Notes under the pieces: model-generated
The model's input: only the letters and a program-made list of their open reading frames with translations
The model's database searches: none
What the model was told of the DNA's origin: nothing
Position numbers and translations under genes: made by a program
Assembly: GCA_051453625.1 (NCBI GenBank)
Contig: JBOZIK010000001.1
Coordinates: 19,753,923-19,817,922 of the forward strand
Source: Welwitschia mirabilis
Lineage: Eukaryota
DNA length: 64,000 nucleotides
Direction: 5' to 3'
In this document: positions 41,078 through 53,760 of the stretch, in pieces
How the letters are laid out: every line of letters begins with the position of its first letter
Numbering within the stretch: the first letter of the stretch is position 1

Positions 41078-41685
41078 CTGTAGTAATTATTTTAATAATT
41101 TATAGCCCTAAGAAACTATTGTACAATAAAAGTATCCAAGATAAGAAGAAATAATTAAAATAAGCATAAAAATCATGTACAGAATTTTTATCTAGTTATC
41201 AAAGCTAAAAATCTCTAAGCAAGAAGGATACAAAGATAAAAAAAAATTGTAGCAAAAAAGAAGGACAACAATTTAATTCTTAAGCTCTAATTGATGATGC
41301 ACAAAAAGTAATTTAGGTGGTTAGTTTGGTATTAATTAGGTAAATTTATCACCTAACCTCATGTTATAGCATGCTTAACATAGAATAGAAGGTACTTAAA
41401 TACCTATTTCATTGTAATTTATTTTAGATATGTATCATCCTATTCAAAAATTTAAGCTCAAGCTTTTATATTATGTTGTTTTCTTTAAAATTAATATTGT
41501 GTGTTTTTAATTTTAGATACCAATATTTCCAATGAAAATAGTATAGTCATTAAGAAACAGGATTCCAATTGAAAATGCATCTTACTTGGAAAGATTGGAT
41601 TTATTAGATCATTTAAGTAGTCAAAAGTTAAAAAATTAAACTTTAATTAAAAAAAAGAACTTCAATTATAAAAGAAATGGATTAC

Positions 41686-41821
41686 TTATTTATACATGTA
41701 AGCCCGATCAGAATCATCCACAATAGGTGAGAGAGTGCCATTATAATCAAAGAAAACAACAACTTCTTTGCCTTTTAAGATATTGGATCCTAGAAAATGG
41801 ATAAGGTAGATGGATGTTCAT
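41686..41821 (-). pseudogene. TPP: TPP exon containing HAD motif I
   Basis: HPSTLSIF...[27 protein letters not shown]|gtaat (cf. HPSAL..F....[26 protein letters not shown]). Confidence 0.9.
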
Positions 41822-43643
41822 CTTAAAATTCCATTCAATGTAATACCCATAAGTAAAACAGACATCTAGAAGAAGCTTCATAATGCTATTAAAAAATACC
41901 CTAGTTTAAAATTATGCTACTGAATAATACCCATAAGCCACTATAGATAAAACTAAATTATGCTATTGAACAAAACCCTAGTTCAAAACCCTATACCCTG
42001 ATAGTGCCTAACATTTAATAATTATAACTAGTACATTTAGAAAATGAAATTAAAAATATCATTTAAAACACCATGTTTCACCATTTCAACCATTTCTTTT
42101 GCATGTTGTATGCCTTCAATTTTTATAGATGCTTGTATCATACTTCATCATAATAATAAGAATTTGCACATATATAAGAATAAACATATATAAAAATATC
42201 TTGCAAATATCCCATATAGTACAAAAATTCAAAAGAAGTTAAGAACTAAAGATGTAATAAAACCACTAGGGTTTTGAATGGTCAATTATGTTTCAACATT
42301 TCTTGGAGTTTGTTAGAAGATGTAATTCCTACCAACATCATCAAGGATCGAATAGGAAAATAGATAGGGCCCTCCAACCTATTATAGAATGTGAAAACAC
42401 TTATTGTTAGTATGTACTCTTCATGTAAGCTTTTCAATTAACTCTGTAAGTAAACTAATATGTTCTAGTAACAATTGATTAGATAACTAAGTGGGTGGAG
42501 ATAGTTTTAAATTTCACTAGTGATACAAGAATGGTGTGCAAATTCATAAAATATCACATTTTCCTTTAGGAAGATCTCCTAATATTTCAACTGAATTTCC
42601 TTAAATGATATTATTGATCTATTTATAATCTTAATTTAACATGCTATTTAGGATAAAGTATTTATCTATTTATTAAATTCATCCTTTTCATCTAACTGGT
42701 TAATTTGATAGTTGTTTTTCATTCTCATTTTTTAATCTGTAGGATTTTGCATACAACCATAACTCCTAAAAACAAAACTCCTTATTACCTAAATATTATC
42801 TAATTATCATCAAATCTCTCTTTGCTAGTAAATATTTATTCTTAAATAATTATTAGCTAATATATGAAGATCATCTTGATTGATATAAACTAATGTCAAA
42901 TTCATTATTTGAAAGTGACTTTACCTTTTATAAATTTGCTTTATTATTTTGATTCCATCTTTGTTCTATCTATCTTGCATGGATTGTATTGTGAATTTAT
43001 GGAGAGAAACGATGTTTTATGTAAATCTATACATTCTAGTTATCTAAATTCTATGATTGATCATTTAAAATCCTCCTAATGCAAAGATCAAAGATAAACC
43101 TATGCAACCTTAAATCTACATAAATATTAATTTGGTAGTAAGATCCAGATAAGACAGACTACTCAAGTTTGGCTATGAAGTAGGATTGATTTGTTACATA
43201 AATGGCTAAACTAGTATAAAATTTATTGTGTTCTATCTTGTACTTTTCTGTTTTATTTTTTAGCTTTATTTTTCAGTTGATGATAAGTGTATCTTTCTCT
43301 TAGTTACATGAACATTTTGTTAGAGCATCCTTATGATCAGGGCTTCACATCATGAAATTCATCTTATTGAGGTATTAGTGTGGTGTCAAGACTTCTATGT
43401 ATTATATTATCTAATCATAAGAAGAACAATTTAATATAGAATTTCTTTTTGTATCATCTAAGTGTGCTAAAAAATTATAATCAAAATTTATCTTAGTAAC
43501 CTTATTTGCCTACTAGCATTCTCATCTTCCTATCTTAGGGTCTTATACTATTTTTAGTATTAATACATTAAGTCTTTTCTTAATGAGAAAAACAAAAATG
43601 ATATATACCCATTTATGATAGTATAGGAATCACAGGATTATAC

Positions 43644-45381
43644 CATGGCAAGATTATATATAAATGAACCATGTTCTATAATATATTTCTCAAATGTTTT
43701 TCTTTAAAGTGCCCTCCTTATTATTAATTCGATTCTATGTTCTGCAGCTTCTATCAATCTCATATAGTGATGTAAACAACCTGGGCCTAGAATATCCTGA
43801 AACAAAAGTAAAATCACATTCAAAGAAAACTATGAATTCTTTTCAAAAGAATTTAAATTTCTATTTAACTCAAATCGAGATTTCTTAAATAAATGTATGC
43901 ATTAAAAAACTTGTGTAGGAATCACATAAAATAATAAAATAATTAAAACATGGGGATTGCAATAATTACTAAACAAAGACATGATAATTTGTAAAATACT
44001 TATGCAATTTAAAAACCACGTTCTTCACCCAAAGGATGTTTTTTATGGAAATGCACACATTTCTAAACTCTCTTTCNNNNNNNNNNNNNNNNNNNNNNNN
44101 NNNNNNNNNNNNNNNNNNNNNNNNNNNNNNNNNNNNNNNNNNNNNNNNNNNNNNNNNNNNNNNNNNNNNNNNNNNNTATGCAATTTAAAAACCACGTTCT
44201 TCTCCCAAAGGATGTTTTTTATGGAAATGCAAACATTTCTAAACTCTCTTTCTATGTTACCATAAGAAGCATCATTAAAATTAAAAACATTTAAATCTCT
44301 TTTTATGTGGATCTCAAGGGTTTCAACAAGCACTAAGAATGTTGATTGCTGCTTATGCTTTGGAGCAGTAGGATCCATTTTCCCCTACATATTAAATGTT
44401 AACTAAATGAAATAATACACACAACATTGTGATGTTTATAATATCTAGTAAAAGAAATAAGATGTAGAAAAGGCACATTAGGATTATCATTATTTAAATC
44501 TTATGTTTAAATCCTTCAATAATAATAAGCAAGAAAACATATTAAAATTCATCTGTTTCAAATTATCTTATAAAAGCATTATATTTTTACACATTAATTT
44601 ATGAAAACAATATTCTATGAAATGCACATAGTTTGCAATAGCATTATATTAATAAAGAGTGATTCAAATAGTAAATAACATGAATTTTATAACTACATAT
44701 CTAGTATTAAGTTTCTTTAATGTCAGTAATGAAAACTTTACTCAAGTTGAGAGAAAAAATTACTTGATGAAAACATTACTCAAGTCCTCATTTTTTTCAA
44801 GAATCCACTACATAATAAATTTTATTATCAAAAGTAACATAAAAACAAGAATCATAACAATGAACTAGACAATTGTAAATATGCAAGATTGCCACTAATA
44901 TCTGAAATGTACTAGTTATGAAGGAACTACATTACTAGTTGTCAACATGTGGGTTCTCTTCCATAGTACTATCTTTATACTTGAGTGTAAAATGCAAAAG
45001 TGAAGGCCTAAATGAAGCAAATACACATGATGTCATACACCATACTAAAATAACTAAACTAGAAATATTAAAAGTTTTACATCAAAAAACCATTATTGTG
45101 TTTACATGGAAATAAAGCATATTATATTTTATTATTAATTTATATATGGACCTTATATATGGTCGGTTCTACCATGAGACAATCAATTAGATTGAAATTA
45201 AAAATTAAATAAGTAATGCTACAAACTTAGAAGCCTCTGATGATTATAAAAGACTAAGTTTTTATCATGTAAAGGGAATATATGTTTCATAGATACCATG
45301 GTAATTAGAATTTTACATCTTGGATCCATTTCTTCACTGGTCCATCAATTTTTACCATTAATGACGTAATGTTCTTCATTC
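43644..45381 (-). pseudogene. IBR3: IBR3/ACAD10-11-like acyl-CoA dehydrogenase fragment, three consecutive exons (45381-45297, 44384-~44000 across the gap, 43796-43644)
   Basis: HYVINGKN*WTSEEMDPRCKILITM | GKMDPTAPKHKQQSTFLV..HIKRDLNVFNFNDASYG..NVCISIKNIL | DILGPGCLHHYMRLIEAAE..RAL*RKTFEK.I.EHGSF..LA, with AG/GT boundaries. Confidence 0.9.
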
Positions 45382-45565
45382 CTATTAGAAACATAAACAA
45401 TAGTTAGCAGAGATTAAAGAGAAAAGTATCATTGTATAGCACACTAGTAGTGCATGAAAGTTCATTTCTGAAATAATCACATATCCTCAAAAAATCATGT
45501 GATAGGCATGTCTTATTTTATATCTCATAAGACATAATTATTGATAATTCTAATCCTAGAATAAG

Positions 45566-45588
45566 ATATATATATATATATATATATA
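45566..45588. repeat. (TA)n microsatellite
   Basis: Directly visible run. Confidence 0.95.
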
Positions 45589-45964
45589 AATGCAAATCCA
45601 ATCATGCTTTTTATAGATGTGATTAAATAATAAGAAGTTAACAACCATATAGGCATTACAATAATACATATATATTGATATACCTTTTATACTAGAGATG
45701 CACAAATCAAGAGTCATGACTACTAATCAAGTGACATGCTACTAATCCTTACATAAATGCTTATAAGGATACTTAAATAAAATATATTCAGTCTAATATT
45801 AAAAATGACTAGTCTTTTTAGTTAATTAAAACTTAAAAAATGCAACAAAGAAAAAAACCCACTCAACAAAGGAAAAAAATTCAAAATAGATGATAATTTT
45901 AATATGAAATACATTCAACAAAGGAAAAAAATCACATATCACTAAAACTCAAGTAATATTCTTC

Positions 45965-46506
45965 TTTTTTAACTTATGGCTCAGACGACTTAGTAAGAAT
46001 TCACTAGGAAGACTAAGCACTTCCATCTCACCTTTCAAGATTTGAATGATATCAAAGATACTTGGCCTTAAATCTAGATTTCTCTACAAATACACAATTG
46101 TCGATGTTATAGAGAGCTTTGCCTCTTTCCTATTAAAATCTTCATAGAGACTGTTACTCATAAGCTAAAGCATGTTCCTAGTTTATGCAAGTTGTTTCAT
46201 CCATAAAACTAAATTCATCTTTTCAAAGCTTTTCATGGGAGAATTTTGGAATTATAGTGGTTTTCTGCCAAATATGATAACCAAACTTAGAACCCTAAAA
46301 CTCTAAATGTCATTATTTTTTGATGCTAATCCACATCCTCTATATTTTAGTAGAATGTAATAGATAGTTCCTTTGGTGGTTATTATGTTTCTCATGTCTC
46401 TACTCATGTCTTTACTCATCAAATCATTGCTCCATGTATTAGTTTCTCTCATGCTTTTACAACTAAGACTTTCTTCTGTCATGTATCTACACAGATGTTT
46501 GTCCAT
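45965..46506 (-). pseudogene. C-terminal fragment of an RLCK-XI-type kinase (At1g80870-like)
   Basis: WSNDLMS..TTKGTIYYILLKYRGCG...DI*SFRVL..SPMK..EKMNL..WMKQLA..DFNRKEA..LRPSIFDIIQILKGEME (cf. WSGDLFSRELSSTTSMRGTLCYVAPEYGGCG..SPMKLEKANL.SW.RQLA..LRP....V.IL.GEM). Confidence 0.8.
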
Positions 46507-46849
46507 GTTCTAGAATCCTCATAGGATTTCTAACTATTCATTAGTTTAAAATTCTTTGGTAGATTTTTTCCCTCACATATTTTCTTCTGCTTTTATTTAA
46601 AAAATAAAAATAAAAGAAGAATCTAGAAAAGGGTTTTTAAACTAATGCTAGTAAAATCAAATAAAAATAATAGATTTTCCACTTCTATAAAAGAACATTT
46701 ACCTAAGAAAAATAATTTTCTAATAATTCTTATAGCTTACATTATAATTCCATATCCTTAGTTTGGCCATGCGCATCCTTTGCCCACATGCTTCGACAAA
46801 ATGAAAAGAGTCTATTGAATGCACGCCTTGATGAAATAACATTATTTTA

Positions 46850-47165
46850 AATCATTTAGCTAAGTCTTTTAAGATGTTTCTGAATAAATGATCTATTTAA
46901 GTCTAAATTATTTAAGGCACTTAGTTTGATAAACGCCTTAAAAACTAGTGATTTTTTAAACTATTATTTGTAATATATGCCTTATTATTAAGGTGTTCTT
47001 ATTATAAACACCTTAAAAATAATTCAAAAGGGCTTTTAAGTCATTTTTTTAAAGAAAGCACCTTAAAAAGATTTTCATTTTCTTCATTTAAGACATTTAT
47101 TAAAATAAATGCCTTGAAAATATTAATAATTAAGGTGTTTATTAAATTAAATGTGTTAAAAGCCT
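46850..47165. repeat. CACTA right subterminal repeats
   Basis: Same GCCTTAAAA / TTTAAGGCA motif family as the left end. Confidence 0.88.
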
Positions 47166-49279
47166 ATATTTCTAGTAGTAATTCTTGATCGACAAGAAAA
47201 TAATGGTATTTTGACATACCACTAACCTAATAACATATAAGAGTCTCCTTGTGAGGTAGCACTCTCTTCTTCTTAAGGGAATAGTAGTTTTCACATGCAT
47301 ACCATGAACCTTTATAATAGTGAGACTCTTCTCACAAGACAACACTCTTTCCATTGTAAGATAATAATGGTTTTCTAGCTCACCAATAACCTGACATCAA
47401 ATAAGTTCCTAAAAGCATAATCTCAAATGCACACCCCTATAAGAGTTTTCTTGAAAATTATTTAATATTTAAGAATGAACTTACATCAATATTTAATAAT
47501 AAGATAATCCACAATGTAAAAAAAAAGTACAACATAATAACAAGCTTGAAGATATTTGACGAAGATTTAAACTCCTTGATATTGTTGTTATAGTCATGAG
47601 TATGAATGAATATAACAACAATATAGATGTAAGATAAAATGAGAAAAGCAATGTAAGCTTTTCAGAAATGATGCCTTTAATTTTTCATGAGAAGATCCTT
47701 ACACTCATGCATTTATTTTTCTTAATCTAATCATTATTTATTGTGATTCAAAAGTTTAGTATTCATTTTTGTTTCAATAACCCCTTTTTATTTTATGACA
47801 TCAAGTATTTATGCTATTAAAGAAGAACTAGACATTTGAACTTGAAAGGCAGCATTTTTATTTTTAACCACCATGTAATAGATAGGAAATGTTTAAGCAT
47901 CAAGTGCATGATTTTGGTTGTTATTGATGTGAACTTTGATTTAAGACATCTTAACTTTTATAGAGATCTACTAACAATCAAATGTTTTCACCTTATGGAC
48001 AACTTTAGTTAACTGGCCTCTATTTTAATGAATTTTTCTCTATAGTATTCTTGGACCTTCATAATCATGAATTTGTAATAAGGTATTAGTTAATAATCAA
48101 ATTGACATTATTACCTATTTTGGCTCAGTATTGATATCTTCAAATATGTAGATATCTTCATCTATATTAGGTTCAACTTTTAGCTTAGTTATCTTAAATA
48201 TGATAGTCATCTTTTAGCCTATGACTCGATTTTTAGTAAATCAGAGAAATATTTAATTTTCTTGACATCTTCACTTAAGACATCTTTAATTTTCTAGACA
48301 TCTTCAAATAATTGATTCTATATATAACGAACTAATCCTTTTCATAAGATGTTATCTTTTAAGATCCATCCTGGTCTAAGGGTTATCAATGTCTAATTCT
48401 TTAGATATTGATTTATCTACACACTAACATAAAATATTTGACAAGTAAAATCATCAAAACTAGATTTACCAACAATATCCTCTTTTTTAATGATGTACAA
48501 AACTTGATAAATCTCATTATAAAAATCTCATCTAATTAATTAAAATAAAAAATTATACTTCAAAGAAAATCACATAATCACTGTATCCAATGATACTGAA
48601 AAACCATAATATAAGACACTTGAAATTAAATAAAAATACATAGATACATATCACTTGAAAATAATATATTAAGACATGTTAGAGATCCATTTGAGTAAGT
48701 TAGCTAAAAACACAAGAATAATTGATACTTCATCAAGTAAAATACATCATAGCAACTAATAAATAAGAATTAAAGCATGTTAGAAATGAATTTGAGTTAG
48801 TAATTTAAAAAAACTAAAGCATTAATCATTGTAGAAATGTATCTAAATGAATACTATTGATATTAGTAATTTACCAAAACTTCTTCCCCTTTTTGAATAG
48901 TAAAGAAAAGAAATATAGATTCAAGAATTTAATGCTGCCCTAACACATGTACCTCCTTGGGAGTCTAGTACTCTGCCTAAGTTTAGCCTTTAGAGGTATT
49001 CTGCTAACTAATTTTTTGGTAATAGTATAAATAGAGATATTTATAATTTTTTAAGATGTCTATCTTAGAGATGCTTATAAATATGAATACATATATAATA
49101 AAAGTTCTAGAGTTTTTTTGAAAAATCTATGACTCCCACAAGCATAACAATGATATTTCAAAAAAGATAAATATCACACATATAATTTAACTATACCAAC
49201 TACATCTAATTGTAATCTCAACTTATAAGATAAATACAATGTAAAGTTGAGAATTTAAGGATATTATGTATTTACTTAC

Positions 49280-52200
49280 TTGATTAAAAAAGGTCCAATT
49301 TCCAAGTTCCTACACAACTTTACATGTATTTTAGTACTTAGATGTTTCGTAAACACATCTACAAGTTGATCATTTGTATTGATGTATTACATTGTAATAT
49401 CTTTATTGGAAACATGTTCTCTAAGAAAGTGATGTTAGATCTTAATGTGCTTAGTTGAATGTTGTATAGGATTTTTGAATACATTAATGAAACTCTTATT
49501 ATTAGAGTAAATAGAAATTTTACTTATGAAGAGATCAAACTTTTTGCAGGTTTGTTTCATCCATAACAGTTGTGGACAACAACATCTAGTAGTACTATAC
49601 TTAGTTTTAGTTGTTAATAGAGTAATTAAGTTTTGTTTTTTACTATTCCAAGAAATTAGGCATTGTTTAAGTAAAAAAAAAAATATTCCACTTGTGATTC
49701 TTTTGTCATCTTTACATCCTATCCAATCTACATCACAATATCCTACTAGATCAAGAGAGGAGTCCTTTGAGAACTAAATACCCCAATTACTAGTATTCTT
49801 TAAGTAATAAAAAAATTCTTTTGACAGCTATGAGCTGTGATTTCCTAGGATCACTTTGATAATGTGCATAAATTCATACACTTAATATAACATCAAGTAA
49901 ACTAGTTGTAAGATATAATAGTCTACTAATCATACCTCTATATAGCTTTTGATCCACCTTCTTATCATTTTCATCTTTGTTTAGTTTGTTGTTTTGATTC
50001 ATGAAAGTGTCTTTTCATTTGTAATCCTATAAATCATATTTGAATAGAAAATTTTTAATATATTTAACCTATGAAATAAATGTACCTTACTTATGTTACA
50101 CAACTTAAAGTCTTAAGAAGTTACTCATTTCTCTTATAAGACTCATTTCAAACTCATCCTACATAATATTAGTAAATTTTTTGTATAAGGATTCACTAGT
50201 AGCACTAAAAATAACATCATCTATATAAATTTAAACAATAATAAAATCTTTACCATATTTTCTAATGAATAATGCCACATTTAAATAACCTATTTTACAA
50301 TCATGTTTAATTAATTGACCAGAGAGCTTTTCATATCAAGCACTTGGAGATTGTTTAAAACCATAGAGAGCTTTATGTAATTTGAAGATGTTATCAAATT
50401 TTGAGAGTTAATGAACCCATTTGGTTGTTTAATATATACTTGTTCTTAAATATTTTCATTTATAAAATCACTTTTGACATCTATTTGATAAAATTTGAAC
50501 CTTTTCATACAAGCAAAAGAAAGAAGCATTCTTATTGATTTCATATGAGCCAGAAGAGCAAAGGTTTCTTTAAATTTAATTCCTTCTTAGTGATTATAAC
50601 CTTTTGTCATTAATCTTGCTTTATTTCTAATAACACTATCATGTTCATCTATTTTGTTTTTGAAAACCCACTTCGTGCCAATGACTAGTTACTAGAAGGT
50701 CTTGAAGTAAGTTTCTAAACATTACATCTTTCAAATTAATAAAGCTCTTATTGCATAGAAACCATCCAATGTTTGTCAATTTTAACTTCTTTAAAAGTTT
50801 TAGGTTCCCATTGAGAGATATAAGTTGCATAACCATAAAATTCTCTAGTATTACTTCTAGTTTGAATGCCTCCATAAGGACTTCTTATAATATTGCTTGT
50901 GGAGTAACTCTTCTTTAGTAGCCTTATTATGCTGATGAATTTTCCTTTTCTAATTCTTCTTATTTTTCTTCCTCACTATTAAATTGAACTTGAGATTGTC
51001 TAGAGGGTTTTACAATTTGCATAGAGTATAATAATCTTATACATTTATAGGATTTGATTTAATATCATTTATTTTGGCATTTATCATTTTCTCAACTACA
51101 TGAATCCTATTATTATACACCCTGTAAGCTTTACTAACCATAGAATATTCTACAAATATTTCTTCATCAACTTTTAAATCAAATTTTCTTAAATGGTTTC
51201 TTTCATTTAAAATAAAAACTTTTAAATCAAATATATAAAAGTAACTAACAAAAGGTTTTTGTCTTAACCATAACTTATAAGAAGTTCTATAAATGAATAT
51301 TTTTACTAGAACTCTATTGGAAACATAACAAGCTATATTGCTTATTTTTGTCCAAAAATGATATGGTACATTTTTGTCATACATCATTATCCTTATCATA
51401 TCATTAATAACTTTATTCTTTATTTCAAATAATCCATTTTTTTGGGGATTTGTTGGAGTAAGAAACTAGAATAGAATGTTAAATTGTTCATAGAATTTTA
51501 TGAACTTTGCATTTTTTAATTTGGTGCCATTATCACTTCCTATCATTTTGATCCTATATCCCTTTTGATTTTGCAACCTGATGCACAAATTAGAAAAAGA
51601 ATTAGAAGACTCATCCTTATGTGAAAAGAAAGCTACCCATGTAAAATGAGAAAAATCATCTATAATTATTAAATAATAACTTTTCTTATTTACGCTTTTT
51701 TTAGATGAATGACTAATAATGTCTAAATGTAAGAGATGTAATGGATGTTTAGTAGAGATAATATTTTTCTTATCAAATTTTAGCTTTGTCTACTTTCCTT
51801 TTTGATAAGCTTCATAGATTTGATTATTAATGTTTTTAAATTTGGAAATTTCTCTTATCAATTCCTTTATAGCCAAGATTTTAAGAAGATCTTTCTTCAT
51901 CTGATCAAGCTTTGTGCCATAGCTCTACTTCATCTATTTTACTATGAAACACTTGGTTCCAACATTAGATATATCTTACAAGATGGTAATGTAAATGTTT
52001 GATTTTATTACTTTAGAAAATAAGATTTTGATAGTATTTATTCTTTTATAACATAATATTTTTTTGTAAATGTAACAAAAACATTTTCATCATAGAGTTN
52101 NNNNNNNNNNNNNNNNNNNNNNNNNNNNNNNNNNNNNNNNNNNNNNNNNNNNNNNNNNNNNNNNNNNNNNNNNNNNNNNNNNNNNNNNNNNNNNNNNNNT

Positions 52201-53760
52201 CTTTAAAAGTTTTAGGTTCCCATTGAGAGATATAAGTTGCATAACCATAAAATTCTCTAGTATGACTTCTAGTTTGAATGCCTCCATAAGGACTTCTTAT
52301 AATGTTGCTAATAGAGTAACATTTTTTTCAGTTTGATCATGGTTGATGGAATTTCCTTTTTTGTTTTTTCTTCTTTTTCTTCCTCATTGTCAAATTTAAT
52401 TTAAGAATGTTTAAAGGATTAAAAAATTTACATAAGAACATAATCATCTTCCACATTCACAGGAGTTAACTTAGTATCATTTATTTTAACATTTATAATT
52501 TCCTCAACTAGTGACATCTATTATTGTATACTTTATAAGCCTTACTAATCAAAAGATATCCTTGAAAAATTCCTTTATCAACTTTTAAATTAAACTTCCT
52601 CAAATTGTTATTTTCATTTAAAATAAATAATTTTGATCTAAAGATATGAAAGTAATTAATAAAAGGTTTTCTACCTAATCATAACTCACATGAAATATTA
52701 GAAGTGAATCTTCTTATCAAAACTCTATTGGAAACGATGCACTCAATATTAATACTTATGTCCAAAAAGGATATGATATCTTTTTGTCATGCATCATTGT
52801 CCTAGCTACTTCATTGATAACTCTATTCTTTTTTTTGGCCACTCCATTTTGTTGAGGTATTTCTGGAATAAATAATTGATGAAAAATTCCAAGTTATTTA
52901 TACAATCCTCTAAACTTTACATTTTTGAATTTGATACCATTATCACTTCTTATCATTTTGATTTTGTATCCCTTTGAGTCTTGTAACCTAATGCACAACT
53001 TAAAAAAGGCATTAAAAGCTTCATCCTTGTGAACAAGGAAGGCTACCCATGTGAAATAAGAAAAATCATCTAAAATTATCAAATAATATGTTTTCTTACC
53101 TAAGATTTCTATATATGAAGGATCAACAATGTCTAAATTTAAGAAATCTAATGGAAGTTCAGTAGAGATAATATTTTTCTTACAAAAGTCTATCTTATCT
53201 ACTTTATTTTTTGATAAGCTTTATAAATCTAATTATTAATGCTTTTAAACTTTGAAAGTTATCTTACTATTTCCTTTATAGACTAGATTTTGAAAAGATC
53301 TTTATGCACCTAAGCAAGCTTCTTATGCCATATTTCTACTTCATCTATTTTGCTAAGAAAACACTTGGTTTCACTGTTAGATATATCTTGTAAGGTGGTG
53401 ATATAAACATTTGATTTATTCACACTATTAAAATAAGGCTTTGACAATATTTTGTTCTCTTATAATATAATCATTTTCTTAAACAAACAAAAAAATTTAC
53501 ATTACAATGTTGACGTACACTTAAAATATTATGTTACAAGCCTTTTATAAATAATACATCTTTTACCTCTAGTAAATTAACTCCTTTAATGGTACTAATG
53601 CCTTTGATTGGTGCTTCTTTGTTGTCTCCAAATGTTACGACTCCTTTATCTTATTCCACTAAGGTGATGAAGCTAGATTTATCTATAGTCATGTATCTAG
53701 AGCATCCACTGTTAACATACAATATGTGCTTCTTAATTATTCTGAGTGCTATTTAAGCTA
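49280..53760 (-). pseudogene. pol: Decayed copia pol of unit B1 (PR-INT-RT-RH); INT/linker region present twice around the N gap at 52100-52199
   Basis: YVNSGCSRYMT (~53720), DDFSYFTWVAFL..IRSDNG (ORF 52894-53082), LRKFDLKVDEEIFVEYS..SKAYRVYN (ORF 51037-51399), IYIDDVIF (~50225), KHIKI*HHFLREH (~49450). Confidence 0.92.

Larger units (their letters stand above)
35667..47180. mobile_element. Non-autonomous CACTA (Pack-CACTA) transposon inserted in LTR-a
   Basis: TIRs TACTATTAGAAACATAG / CTATATTTCTAGTAGTA (CACTA decayed to TACTA at both ends); 3-bp TSD ATT (35664-35666, 47181-47183); the LTR resumes exactly after it. No transposase motifs seen. Confidence 0.92.

Noticed and set aside
42290-42400. 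ILDDV on the minus strand as TPP exon 1
   Set aside because: Position fits but the match is too short to support.
43644-43796. Exon first read as CACTA TnpA/ULP-like
   Set aside because: Another frame matches the acyl-CoA dehydrogenase motif LGPGRLHHCMR far better and fits the adjacent IBR3-like exons.
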